Shown here: piece after piece, positions 50,377-58,724 of the stretch
How the letters are laid out: each line of letters starts with the position of its first letter
How positions within the stretch are numbered: the first letter of the stretch is position 1
Virus record (IMG/VR): IMGVR_UViG_3300028888_000135
Span: 1,006-65,005 of that record
Source: a virus
Lineage: Duplodnaviria; Caudoviricetes
Direction: 5' to 3' (one strand)
DNA: 64,000 nucleotides
Made by a program: the position numbers and the translations under genes
The notes under the pieces: model-generated
Told to the model about the DNA's origin: nothing
What the model saw: the letters and a program-made list of their open reading frames with translations, nothing else
The model's database searches: none

Positions 50377-51249
50377 TCAATGGCTCCTTTCATCCGCGTT
50401 GTGTAGAATAAGAACTTTCTTCCATAGTTCTTCACCCAAACGCTTTTCCCACGTAGGCGCAGACTGTGAATCGTAGGGACACATATGATAGTTAACTAAT
50501 TGAATAGATTCTATTGACGCGCCCATATTCATAGCTAAGAATGCTCCATAGTTGTGATGAGAGTAGTAGTGCGCTACTCCATTATCATCATAGGAACGAG
50601 TATAAGCCTTACCAATATCATGCAGACAAGCTGCTATACCGATATTAATCCACTCTTTATCGGATAAATGAGAGGCATTGATATTTTTTACGCAAGCATT
50701 CAAATGATCGTATAAAGTATGGGTATGATGCGGATTATCTTGCGAACCTACCGCGCGCACGTCATCCCATATTCTCTTTGAAAGTTCCTTTGCATCGTAT
50801 TCTGCGGGAGTAACAATTTCAATTACATCCCATCCCTCGTTATAAACGGGCATCTGGAAAGAGCGTATCTGCCGCTCAAATAGCCAATCGGGCACCTGGC
50901 GCTCGCGCTTCTTATTCCACTCCTTACAAATGGAAAGAGGAGTATTAAATACGACGGCACGGCACTTAACATCAGGAAAACGGCGCTTAATTTGATTCAG
51001 AATATGGATACGATATTTCATGCCCAAATTGGTGGCGCAATATACTACAGACTGATTGCGAGAAAGAGCTTCTACCGTGCGCCGATACATCAAATTAAAA
51101 ACCTTATCAGGGTTCTGTTGATCAGTTTCAGAGCCCCATAATTCCTTGCGGATAAGGTCACTATCCAGTACACAATAACCTTCCTGTGCATTAGCCCAAG
51201 TAGACTTGCCAGCGGCAGCGATAGAAACAGTCATAACAAATTCAGTCAT
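50377..51249 (-). CDS. Polynucleotide-kinase-like P-loop domain (AAA_33) fused to HD phosphohydrolase
   Basis: A.AGKSTWA, LDSD.IR, C.EWN.KRER.VP; H...L..H...LHDIGK, H...GA, HM, D. Confidence 0.85.
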   Translation of the reverse strand: MTEFVMTVSIAAAGKSTWANAQEGYCVLDSDLIRKELWGSETDQQNPDKVFNLMYRRTVEALSRNQSVVYCATNLGMKYRIHILNQIKRRFPDVKCRAVVFNTPLSICKEWNKKRERQVPDWLFERQIRSFQMPVYNEGWDVIEIVTPAEYDAKELSKRIWDDVRAVGSQDNPHHTHTLYDHLNACVKNINASHLSDKEWINIGIAACLHDIGKAYTRSYDDNGVAHYYSHHNYGAFLAMNMGASIESIQLVNYHMCPYDSQSAPTWEKRLGEELWKKVLILHNADERSH

Positions 51250-51617
51250 TTATCTCCACATGCTCCTTTCTGTATAAAACGTGCATTCTGCTTAAAAATC
51301 TTACGCTTGGATTTTGGGACATCAGCGATAAACCAAAGCGAACGAGTAGTAACCAAATGATTATCTTCAAACATTATAGCATAAAAACGTCCGCCCATAC
51401 CACGAGGTTCATCCTTATCAGAGCCAATCTGATAGAGTTTATTATTTGTAACAAAATATTCATGCTGTCCAGGCACTACATATCTGGCCGCGAGTAAATC
51501 CCACCTATGAATGGACCAACAATCTCCTTTGTAGCACGTATAAGTATTGGGCCCCACACAATAATATGGCTCGTTTTCCTTAAATTCGCGGCCGCAAACG
51601 CAACAAAATTTGCTCAT
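51246..51617 (-). CDS. Hypothetical protein with N-terminal Cys cluster
   Basis: CCVCG...C..DC; RBS. Confidence 0.6.
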   Translation of the reverse strand: MSKFCCVCGREFKENEPYYCVGPNTYTCYKGDCWSIHRWDLLAARYVVPGQHEYFVTNNKLYQIGSDKDEPRGMGGRFYAIMFEDNHLVTTRSLWFIADVPKSKRKIFKQNARFIQKGACGDK

Positions 51618-51649
51618 AATGAATTATCCCCTTTCTCTTTACTATAATT

Positions 51650-51678
51650 ATTATAGCAAAATTTATATGAAAAGTCAA
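51650..51678 (-). promoter_or_regulatory. sigmaA-type promoter
   Basis: TTGACT-17bp-TATAAT. Confidence 0.8.
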
Positions 51679-51680
51679 AT

Positions 51681-51707
51681 AAAAAAAGAGTAGGATTTCT
51701 CCTACTC
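51681..51707 (-). terminator. Intrinsic terminator after pnuC
   Basis: GAGTAGGA/TCCTACTC + U7. Confidence 0.75.
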
Positions 51708-52421
51708 ATTCGTTACATTTCTCTTATTTAGCTTAATCCAGTTAATTAAACCAATTACAGCCATAATTAAATAAATAGACTTTTTAGTAAGATATACAGG
51801 GTCAAAGTGCTGAATATACATAGCAACCGCTACAATATCAGTAATAATCCACCATACATACTGCTCACGGAAACGAAATAGTTCAAGAACAACTGCGATG
51901 ATACCAATTGCCAAAGTCGCAGCATCAAGCCAAGCTACATTACCGCCAATCTTTACTAGAATAGCATGATAAATAACTGTACCTGCAATAATTGCACCAG
52001 TAACAAGAGCATTTTGCCACCAAGTCATCTTTCTACTCTTAGTAAGCTCGCTCTGCTGTTCATCACGATGCCGCGCCCAATACCACCAAGAAATAATATT
52101 CATTGGAGCATAGAAGAAAATTTCAAGGAACATTGTACCATAAATCTTCCAATACCAAAGGTAAATAATATAAACAAAAGTGTTAACGCAAGCAAATGCA
52201 AAATTGGAAATACTTGCCTTTGCGCACAAGAAAACACAAAATACACCAGCAATAGCACTAATGAAATTAATAACTGTAAGCCAAGGTGGATTCATGCTTC
52301 CTGTTGAGTTTATAAAGCCGATAACCATCGCACGTGCTGCGATAAAAATCATAATCGCAGCCATTAACCATTCGTACCACTTCATCGCAGCAAGCGACTT
52401 CTTCAAATTTTCAATCTTCAT
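51702..52421 (-). CDS. pnuC: PnuC-family nicotinamide riboside transporter
   Basis: Multi-TM; N......N...Y..W, YG...L.IFF, WLDA.T, EQ...WII.D. Confidence 0.85.
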   Translation of the reverse strand: MKIENLKKSLAAMKWYEWLMAAIMIFIAARAMVIGFINSTGSMNPPWLTVINFISAIAGVFCVFLCAKASISNFAFACVNTFVYIIYLWYWKIYGTMFLEIFFYAPMNIISWWYWARHRDEQQSELTKSRKMTWWQNALVTGAIIAGTVIYHAILVKIGGNVAWLDAATLAIGIIAVVLELFRFREQYVWWIITDIVAVAMYIQHFDPVYLTKKSIYLIMAVIGLINWIKLNKRNVTNE

Positions 52422-52439
52422 AATTAATATTTTCCTTTC

Positions 52440-52973
52440 TTAAAATTCACAAAACCATTTTCTTGCTTCTTTTTCTGTCATATTCCGAAGCATAGTTGCG
52501 CTGATAGGGTAATTTTCTCTTGGTGGGTCTACTAATACATGTTCGGCCCAAGGATATGCCCGTTTAAAGTAATTATCATAAGCAATCTCACTACTGAAAA
52601 CCGCGTCTAGTTTGCCACATACATTGAGTACAAGAGGAGTTTCTGCGTCCCAATCTTCTTGGCCATCAATAGTTTTACAATTCGTGACATCAATAAAAAC
52701 AGGTATCACATGGCTAAATTTAGAACAAACACGATAGACTTCTTCTTTACGGGCTTCTACATTAAGATACTTTCTATCAAGAGTAGTATCATTACGAAGA
52801 ATCTCTAATTCTTGGTCGCCGCCATAAAACAAGATGCAATAAACTTTATCGCATAAAAGTGACGCAACATTTAAACAAAAGAAATGACCTTTATGAAATG
52901 GTATAAATTTTCCACCATACATACCAACTTTGTAATGATGATTACACTGAAAAGCATCTTCCCATTTAATCAA
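52440..52973 (-). CDS. NadR/NadM-like HxGH nucleotidyltransferase (NMN adenylyltransferase-like); no kinase domain
   Basis: YGGKFIPFHKGH, DAVFSSE..Y, VDPPR..YPISAT.LR. Confidence 0.8.
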   Translation of the reverse strand: MIKWEDAFQCNHHYKVGMYGGKFIPFHKGHFFCLNVASLLCDKVYCILFYGGDQELEILRNDTTLDRKYLNVEARKEEVYRVCSKFSHVIPVFIDVTNCKTIDGQEDWDAETPLVLNVCGKLDAVFSSEIAYDNYFKRAYPWAEHVLVDPPRENYPISATMLRNMTEKEARKWFCEF

Positions 52974-52997
52974 AATATCCTCTCCTTTCTTATATAT

Positions 52998-53026
52998 ATC
53001 ATATCAGAAATTGGAGATTTTGTCAA
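52998..53026 (-). promoter_or_regulatory. sigmaA-type promoter
   Basis: TTGACA-17bp-TATGAT. Confidence 0.75.
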
Positions 53027-53032
53027 ATATTT

Positions 53033-53260
53033 TTAGAGTCCAAATCCTGAATAGGTAAAACCTGAAGACGTAATACTTGTTTCTTCGTGTTTAGATGGTT
53101 CTGTATTAACTTCATAAATAAGTAAGCCACAAGCACAATGCTCGGTTGCCGCCCATTTTATATCAATAATATCTTCTCGTTCAATTTTATATTTATTGAT
53201 TAGATATTCAAGTCCAGCGGCATTATCAAAATATTTTACTCTAATCATTTTGTCCTCCAA
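53033..53260 (-). CDS. Hypothetical protein
   Basis: ORF track; RBS. Confidence 0.55.
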   Translation of the reverse strand: MEDKMIRVKYFDNAAGLEYLINKYKIEREDIIDIKWAATEHCACGLLIYEVNTEPSKHEETSITSSGFTYSGFGL

Positions 53261-53699
53261 TTAAGTTAATAATTATTTCTGGATATACTTCATAAACACT
53301 TATATAATAATATTGTGGTTTATAATCAGCATAAGAAACTGTATTCTTTTGATAATAAATTTTTATTTGACTTCCATCATCTATTGTTAGCCAAATATAT
53401 TTTACATTATTATAACGTGGTTCAAGTCTATATTCTTGGCCTGGCGCGATAGTAAATAAATCTTTGTTTGCTTGCTCAGAAGAAAATTCAATATAAGCAC
53501 CATAATCACCTATAACAATCCTATCGTAGCCATTGCAAATTAAAGATCCATTTAAACTATAAAGTGATTTTGTTTTATCAAACGAAAGTAAAAACGCAGG
53601 AATAGTATTTGCATAAATATTTTGTGCGATATTACTTAATTTATTAGATAACTTTTTATATTTATATTTATTACTTAATTCATCACTCAAGAATTTCAT
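53241..53699 (-). CDS. Conserved phage hypothetical protein
   Basis: GYDRIVIGDYGAYIEF...Q..TV.YADY. Confidence 0.65.
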   Translation of the reverse strand: MKFLSDELSNKYKYKKLSNKLSNIAQNIYANTIPAFLLSFDKTKSLYSLNGSLICNGYDRIVIGDYGAYIEFSSEQANKDLFTIAPGQEYRLEPRYNNVKYIWLTIDDGSQIKIYYQKNTVSYADYKPQYYYISVYEVYPEIIINLIGGQND

Positions 53700-53776
53700 C
53701 GTTTTGCTCCTTATAATTCTCTAACAGCACAACTTCATAATTAGAGAAAAAATAACCACAAAACCAGCAGGTGTCT

Positions 53777-53989
53777 TTAATCTCCTGCTGTTTCATGCGG
53801 CAGTTGCCGCAAATGTAACCTGTCGGCTTTTTTACTAAATGTGTAAACATAATCTTCTATAATAAGAATTGCACGTGTAATCGCAATTTCTTTCTCCTTA
53901 TTTGGAATTGTTATATCTGTTATCGTATATTTATTCATAATTCTTATTCGCGCAATTACAATGATACTGTTCTTGTGGTGCGGGCACAA
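53777..53989 (-). CDS. Hypothetical protein (probable start MNKYT)
   Basis: ORF track. Confidence 0.4.
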   Translation of the reverse strand: MCPHHKNSIIVIARIRIMNKYTITDITIPNKEKEIAITRAILIIEDYVYTFSKKADRLHLRQLPHETAGD

Positions 53990-54176
53990 GATGTAAACGC
54001 TCCTTATAATCAGTGGCCACCTTCATTACATACATTAACCATTCCCAAGGATTTTCTCTTACAGCAACAAGATTTAAAATACGATTATTCGCGCACTCCA
54101 TGATGTCAAGAAGTTCACTATAATCGGCTTCTTCAATATAGTTTTTAATATTCTTGTTCATCATCATTTTCCTCAT
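53931..54176 (-). CDS. Hypothetical protein
   Basis: ORF track. Confidence 0.55.
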   Translation of the reverse strand: MRKMMMNKNIKNYIEEADYSELLDIMECANNRILNLVAVRENPWEWLMYVMKVATDYKERLHLVPAPQEQYHCNCANKNYE

Positions 54177-54438
54177 AAGTTAAGTAAGTAGTTGTCGCAC
54201 CATCAGCAGAAACAAAGTTTTTTTCATAGGCAATTGTATCTGCGCTATCAATTATATTTTGCGCTTTTTGTAGTATCGCATATGCAAAATCAAAAATATG
54301 GTCAGGGTCATATTGTTCACTCTTATTATTAAGCCAAGTAAATCCATATTCTATCATAGTGTCATGAATCATATTTTCATAATCAAGCGATTCAGCAAAT
54401 AAATCACAATCGCGGCGATAAATTAACTCTTCATTCAT
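54145..54438 (-). CDS. Hypothetical protein (start MNEELIY)
   Basis: GGAGG RBS before ATG at 54438. Confidence 0.6.
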   Translation of the reverse strand: MNEELIYRRDCDLFAESLDYENMIHDTMIEYGFTWLNNKSEQYDPDHIFDFAYAILQKAQNIIDSADTIAYEKNFVSADGATTTYLTYEENDDEQEY

Positions 54439-54697
54439 CGTCAACCTCCGGATAATGGTGAGCCACCTCAATACTATGACCGCACTTATCACAAGTATAC
54501 ATATAATCAGTATAATGATTATGGCCAATAGCCTGCTGAAATTTGTAATGTCCGCCGCAATTAGAACAAATACCATTATTCCATATTGTACTACTGGCAC
54601 AAGAACGCACAATAAATAATACAATTAAAAGAATAATAGCAATAGCAAGAAATTCCCAGTCAAAGGATTTTGAATATTCTCTTCTATAATATGACAT
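54431..54697 (-). CDS. Membrane-anchored zinc-ribbon protein
   Basis: TM helix, then CSNCGG...CDKCG. Confidence 0.65.
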   Translation of the reverse strand: MSYYRREYSKSFDWEFLAIAIILLIVLFIVRSCASSTIWNNGICSNCGGHYKFQQAIGHNHYTDYMYTCDKCGHSIEVAHHYPEVDDE

Positions 54698-55017
54698 TAT
54701 TCCTCCACAGGCTCATAAGTCTCTTCAAATACATCACGACGACAAGGATATAGTTCTCCCTTTGGTCCGCGAATAATATAACTACCCCAAGGGCAAAGCA
54801 TTTGTCCTTCAAGTGTTTGGATCATAAATCCTCGATTTTCAATAAAATCAAATAGGACTTCTACTCTATACATAGCCTCACGCAACCAATCAGGCACTTC
54901 ACTGTGCAACCAATTTTCAACAGTATCCCAATCTCCATTGGCTGGAATTTGAATTGCTTCAACTGGAATAGGCTTCTTTACATATCGCATTTCTTTTTCC
55001 ACCACCTTAATTCCCAT
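54697..55017 (-). CDS. Conserved phage protein (PGDYG-like)
   Basis: YVKKPIPVEAIQ...I.TLEG....GSYII.G.KGE.YPC..D.FEETYE. Confidence 0.75.
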   Translation of the reverse strand: MGIKVVEKEMRYVKKPIPVEAIQIPANGDWDTVENWLHSEVPDWLREAMYRVEVLFDFIENRGFMIQTLEGQMLCPWGSYIIRGPKGELYPCRRDVFEETYEPVEE

Positions 55018-55220
55018 TCATCTGGGTCTTTTGTATTCCACTCTTCTTCGGCTTCTCCTTCTTCCCATCCAGAAGCGGTGTGGCCGCAAGTTAGACATTC
55101 AATAAATTTTTCAGTTTTTTCAGTAAACCACATTACGCCAAATTCATCACGGCGTGCTAATCCTTCTTCAAAATGACGCATATGATTTTTGCCGCAAAGC
55201 GGGCAATTCCGTAATGTCAT
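54978..55220 (-). CDS. Lar-like zinc-ribbon protein
   Basis: LRNCPLCG...IEC..CG...EA...WN. Confidence 0.55.
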   Translation of the reverse strand: MTLRNCPLCGKNHMRHFEEGLARRDEFGVMWFTEKTEKFIECLTCGHTASGWEEGEAEEEWNTKDPDEWELRWWKKKCDM

Positions 55221-55585
55221 TAATAATCTCCTCCAAAACCAGCTATGTTATGATGCCATCTATCTTCATCATCATAATCATCTGGATAAGTCATTGTCCA
55301 CTTTGAACCTGCATTTCCTACATCTATCCAAGGGCACCATTCTGGCCGTGGCAAATTCATCCATTCTTGTTGAATATTTTTATTCTCGTTATATTTGGTC
55401 AAAGTAGTTTGATAAATAGTCATATAATTACCGTGGCATATACGGAACATATATATTTCATTCTTATCATTAGGTATGTCATAAGTGCCCATACAAGGGC
55501 ATTCAAGACAACTCTTTGGCATTTCTCTGTTTAACGCTATCATTATGGTTCCCTCACATACGCTTTCGCGCGCATAATATAGCAA
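55220..55585 (-). CDS. Hypothetical Cys-containing protein (probable start MIALN)
   Basis: MPKSCLECP...RPEWCP motif recurrent in phages. Confidence 0.6.
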   Translation of the reverse strand: MLYYARESVCEGTIMIALNREMPKSCLECPCMGTYDIPNDKNEIYMFRICHGNYMTIYQTTLTKYNENKNIQQEWMNLPRPEWCPWIDVGNAGSKWTMTYPDDYDDEDRWHHNIAGFGGDY

Positions 55586-55845
55586 TTACTTACTTCATCA
55601 TAATAAAAATCATAATAAAGTAAATTATATTTAAGCATAAAATCTGCTACTTGATGACAGAGATTATGTTTAATTGCTTCTAGTCTATCGGAATCTGGTT
55701 TTCCATATTGTGCATCAATAGCAAACTCTACTGATATAGGAAATAATTGCTTTTCTGTGCGGCAAAATTCAATTTTCTTTTGTTCTACAAGTTCATTTTG
55801 TGTGTAGCCGCCAAGCCATTTGATAATCTTATTCTTGATATTCAT
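55543..55845 (-). CDS. Hypothetical protein
   Basis: ORF track. Confidence 0.6.
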   Translation of the reverse strand: MNIKNKIIKWLGGYTQNELVEQKKIEFCRTEKQLFPISVEFAIDAQYGKPDSDRLEAIKHNLCHQVADFMLKYNLLYYDFYYDEVSNCYIMRAKAYVREP

Positions 55846-56128
55846 AATTTACTCCATAAATGGCGATAGTAGGTTTTCCATCTATAGTAATATAGTAAGG
55901 AGATAGACCCGAGCGATAAGTATTATTACCAATGCTTAAATAAACAATTTTTGTGTCTTTATCATACATGAGGCAAACAACACCATGAAATCCTTTATCT
56001 TCACCTAATATTACAAATCTGCCATAAAGGTCTGTCTTGCTGCCATCGGTATAGGTTTTGTGAGAACAGCCACATAGTAACATTCCTGTAAGAATAATCA
56101 GAATTAAAATTGAAATTATCTTTTTCAT
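55829..56128 (-). CDS. Lipoprotein
   Basis: Signal peptide + lipobox LLCGC; YDKDTK.VY...GLSP..DGKP. Confidence 0.7.
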   Translation of the reverse strand: MKKIISILILIILTGMLLCGCSHKTYTDGSKTDLYGRFVILGEDKGFHGVVCLMYDKDTKIVYLSIGNNTYRSGLSPYYITIDGKPTIAIYGVNYEYQE

Positions 56129-56132
56129 ACTA

Positions 56133-56321
56133 TCACCAAAGTAAATACATTAAATAATCCGGTTCCAAACCTAGATAAAGTGCTACAATATCTTCACATT
56201 CTTGATAATTACCGCGGGCGGCCGCGCCAAAAACCTCTTCCTTACATTCTTCTACGAGGTTTTCTGCTTCAAGTTGTGAAATGCCGTCTCGCCGCATAAG
56301 GATTTCTACGATTTCATTCAT
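56133..56321 (-). CDS. Conserved small phage protein
   Basis: ILMRRDGIS..EA...LGLEPDY. Confidence 0.65.
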   Translation of the reverse strand: MNEIVEILMRRDGISQLEAENLVEECKEEVFGAAARGNYQECEDIVALYLGLEPDYLMYLLW

Positions 56322-56565
56322 TACTTTTGTTCTCCCACATTCTTAGGCCGCACCGCGGACAGAAATCATAATGAATACTAATATACTTATCCACAGCACA
56401 ATTACAATTACTACAAACTGCCATATTATTCATAACCTGCCATTCTGCTTCTCCACCAGTTGAATTATATGCGCGGCGGAAACCAGCATAGTAGGCTTGA
56501 CGCACAGTAGTATTATCAGGTTCGCAAACATCTTTTTTAAAATATTTTTCACATGCTCTATTCAT
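56314..56565 (-). CDS. Zinc-ribbon protein
   Basis: CSNC...FCPRCG..M. Confidence 0.65.
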   Translation of the reverse strand: MNRACEKYFKKDVCEPDNTTVRQAYYAGFRRAYNSTGGEAEWQVMNNMAVCSNCNCAVDKYISIHYDFCPRCGLRMWENKSNE

Positions 56566-56750
56566 TCTACTTTATCCTTCTTCTTTTTAATGGTATTGAG
56601 AAATTCTTTTACATATTCTTCATCGTAGTGTGTAAGATGAATAGTCGCAATACAATTTTCACAATAATATGACATACACTTCATATTTGATACTTCTTTT
56701 AGTATCATGCGGCCACCGCAATATGGGCACTCAACATTAAAATTATTCAT
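56562..56750 (-). CDS. Zinc-ribbon protein (start MNNFN)
   Basis: CPYCGG...CENC. Confidence 0.55.
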   Translation of the reverse strand: MNNFNVECPYCGGRMILKEVSNMKCMSYYCENCIATIHLTHYDEEYVKEFLNTIKKKKDKVE

Positions 56751-57885
56751 CCTCTTCCGTTCCAATCTTGGTTGTTCCCATTTCTGCCATAATGTAAGAG
56801 GCCAGAGTGCGCGCACGCATATTCATCAGATAGTCGCTACCATCCTTTACCTTTTCATCTAGTCGCGCATATAGGTAAGAACGCACGATAGGCATGTAAG
56901 TATTAGCATACATAGCAAAATCACGACGCTCTCCCATTGCTCCGATAACGCTACGCACTACCTTAAACGCAGTCTCGCATACTCCAATGTAGTAGCGAAT
57001 ACGCTGAACCACATCATCAGTAAAGTCTTTAAACTCCGGATAGTAAGCAATGAAATCATCAAGAGTTCCCTGCTGATACATTTCTACTACGCGCAGAACA
57101 GTCAGCGGGCCATTACCACGCATCTTGTGGAGAGCAAGATATTCATCGCCCTTAATCTTAATGCGGTTGAAGTGTGCATCGCAGACAACATAACCCTCTT
57201 CATCATCGCCCATTGCGTGCGCGGCCGCAACACACTCAGAAAGAGAATGATGGGGGTATACTTCCGGGTAGAGTAGACCATCAAGTTCCAGACCTTCGCT
57301 ATCTTCGGTATCATCTAAAATGTTACGCCGGCCAAGATACCAAAGATTGATACCCTCATAGCGCACAACAATGCGGTTATAGGGAGAAGTAAGTTCAAAC
57401 ATATAGGTATAGTCGCGGTCAAGCATCTTCAAAAAGTTAGGAATACGATCAATTACATTCTGAACCAAATCACCATAGGTAGTATCACCACATTCAGCCT
57501 TGAACGCATCAATGGTTCCATTGGTAGAAATTACCCAACCGTCATAATCCCACCAAATCTTAATCAGGGAACCGTCCACCTTCTGCTGAACGGACGCAGT
57601 ATCCCAATCAATGGCGTGAACCGCAGAATACTGCTCACCATAGTTAAAGAACTTATCAAACGGATGGCAAACGCAAACCCAGTAACCCTCTTCATTCTGA
57701 CGGAAAATAGAACCACGCGCTTCCTGGACTTCACGTAAACTCATATCAGACATAATCTGATTATACTTCAACAAAAAATACTGGATACCATCAATTTCAT
57801 CAGAACGAATATCCAAATAGTAAGGTTCAGCCGCGAGTAGAGTCTTCCAGTCGGGGTGGGTATTCATGAAATTCAACAGCTCCAT
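56743..57885 (-). CDS. RNA ligase (T4 Rnl1-like)
   Basis: EARG, PFDKFFN, KVDGSL (motif I), FELTSP.N.IV, EGYVV (motif IV), IKIK...Y. Confidence 0.9.
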   Translation of the reverse strand: MELLNFMNTHPDWKTLLAAEPYYLDIRSDEIDGIQYFLLKYNQIMSDMSLREVQEARGSIFRQNEEGYWVCVCHPFDKFFNYGEQYSAVHAIDWDTASVQQKVDGSLIKIWWDYDGWVISTNGTIDAFKAECGDTTYGDLVQNVIDRIPNFLKMLDRDYTYMFELTSPYNRIVVRYEGINLWYLGRRNILDDTEDSEGLELDGLLYPEVYPHHSLSECVAAAHAMGDDEEGYVVCDAHFNRIKIKGDEYLALHKMRGNGPLTVLRVVEMYQQGTLDDFIAYYPEFKDFTDDVVQRIRYYIGVCETAFKVVRSVIGAMGERRDFAMYANTYMPIVRSYLYARLDEKVKDGSDYLMNMRARTLASYIMAEMGTTKIGTEEDE

Positions 57886-58036
57886 TTTTAGGATTCTCCT
57901 TTTTCCTTTCCTTTATATAATTATTATAACAGAAATCTAATGAAATGTCAATTTTTTTATTAGTGGAATCTTGTCGGTCCCAAAATTCATTCCACCATTT
58001 CCAAAATTCACTATCAATAGGATATTCATTTGTCAA
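57827..58036 (-). CDS. Small Trp-rich hypothetical protein; C-terminal part overlaps the promoter and ligase start
   Basis: ORF track; GAGGTGA RBS. Confidence 0.4.
   Translation of the reverse strand: MTNEYPIDSEFWKWWNEFWDRQDSTNKKIDISLDFCYNNYIKERKKENPKNGAVEFHEYPPRLEDSTRG
57923..57951 (-). promoter_or_regulatory. sigmaA-type promoter for the RNA-ligase unit
   Basis: TTGACA-17bp-TATAAT. Confidence 0.85.
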
Positions 58037-58056
58037 GCCAACTCACCTCGTAGTAA

Positions 58057-58335
58057 TTACACCCTTCTCCATTCTACTATTCTTCCTCCGCAACATGATT
58101 CAGTTTCAAATCCTAAATCTTGTTCTAGCCATTCAAGTGTATCTGTTGAAACGTTATCAATAAAAGTTTGAAACTTTCCTTGATTTGCGGCCTCATGTAT
58201 TCGCCGCATAACAATAGGGCGCTCTACTGATGCTATTGCTTCCATTGCGATTTCGTTGGCTTTTGCCGCGCAAATTTCATCTTGATTTGTAATAGTATCA
58301 AGTTCTTGTAGTATATTAGTTAATTCACCAACCAT
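58057..58335 (-). CDS. Hypothetical protein
   Basis: GGAGGT RBS and own promoter. Confidence 0.65.
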   Translation of the reverse strand: MVGELTNILQELDTITNQDEICAAKANEIAMEAIASVERPIVMRRIHEAANQGKFQTFIDNVSTDTLEWLEQDLGFETESCCGGRIVEWRRV

Positions 58336-58356
58336 AGACTACCTCCATTTTTCTTT

Positions 58357-58385
58357 ATTATAACACGAAATTTCGGGAAAGTCAA
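58357..58385 (-). promoter_or_regulatory. sigmaA-type promoter
   Basis: TTGACT-17bp-TATAAT. Confidence 0.8.
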
Positions 58386-58433
58386 ATACCCAGCTCATTT
58401 CCAAACCTTCATTCCCAAATGAAAATGAAATTT

Positions 58434-58483
58434 CGTGGCTTTCCAACTTTTTCGCGTAGCGAAAAAGTTGGAACCAAGCCACG
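58434..58483. repeat. Long inverted repeat with 3-nt GTA loop
   Basis: Perfect 15-bp stem TTCCAACTTTTTCGC/GCGAAAAAGTTGGAA, plus 7 more bp after a 3-nt bulge. Confidence 0.9.
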
Positions 58484-58520
58484 AGCCGGAGCGCTTTGCG
58501 CGACGGCCAAGTAATGGGAA

Positions 58521-58723
58521 ACTTCAAATTGAAATTGCGGCGGGCAGGTTTAGGGGAAATTAAAAATGAAATTCCAAGGGTATAATTTCAGGACAAATGA
58601 AAATGAAATTCCAAAATGAAATTATGGGATAAAATGAAATTGAAATTCCAGCCGCAAGTTTTAGGGAAAATGAAAATGAAATTCCAATTCTAAAAATGAA
58701 ATTGAAATGAAAATAAAATTACA
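58521..58723 (+). repeat. Six-unit tandem array with ~37-bp period (AAATGAAAATGAAATTCCA core)
   Basis: Core 10-mer at 58530, 58567, 58604, 58641, 58677 and 58714; the four central copies are exact TGAAATTCCA. Confidence 0.85.
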
Positions 58724-58724
58724 G

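Noticed and set aside
2386-57314. Many short plus-strand track ORFs in 1-58 kb (e.g. 2386, 3847, 4246, 10207, 25507, 39453, 51966) and nested same-strand ORFs (111, 20388, 20871, 46787, 57102)
   Set aside because: They are antisense or out-of-frame shadows of well-supported genes, with no RBS or motif.
58521-58723. CRISPR mini-array
   Set aside because: The 19-bp repeats and 17-18-nt spacers are too short, the spacers resemble each other and the repeat, and there is no leader or cas gene. It fits a degenerate tandem repeat better.
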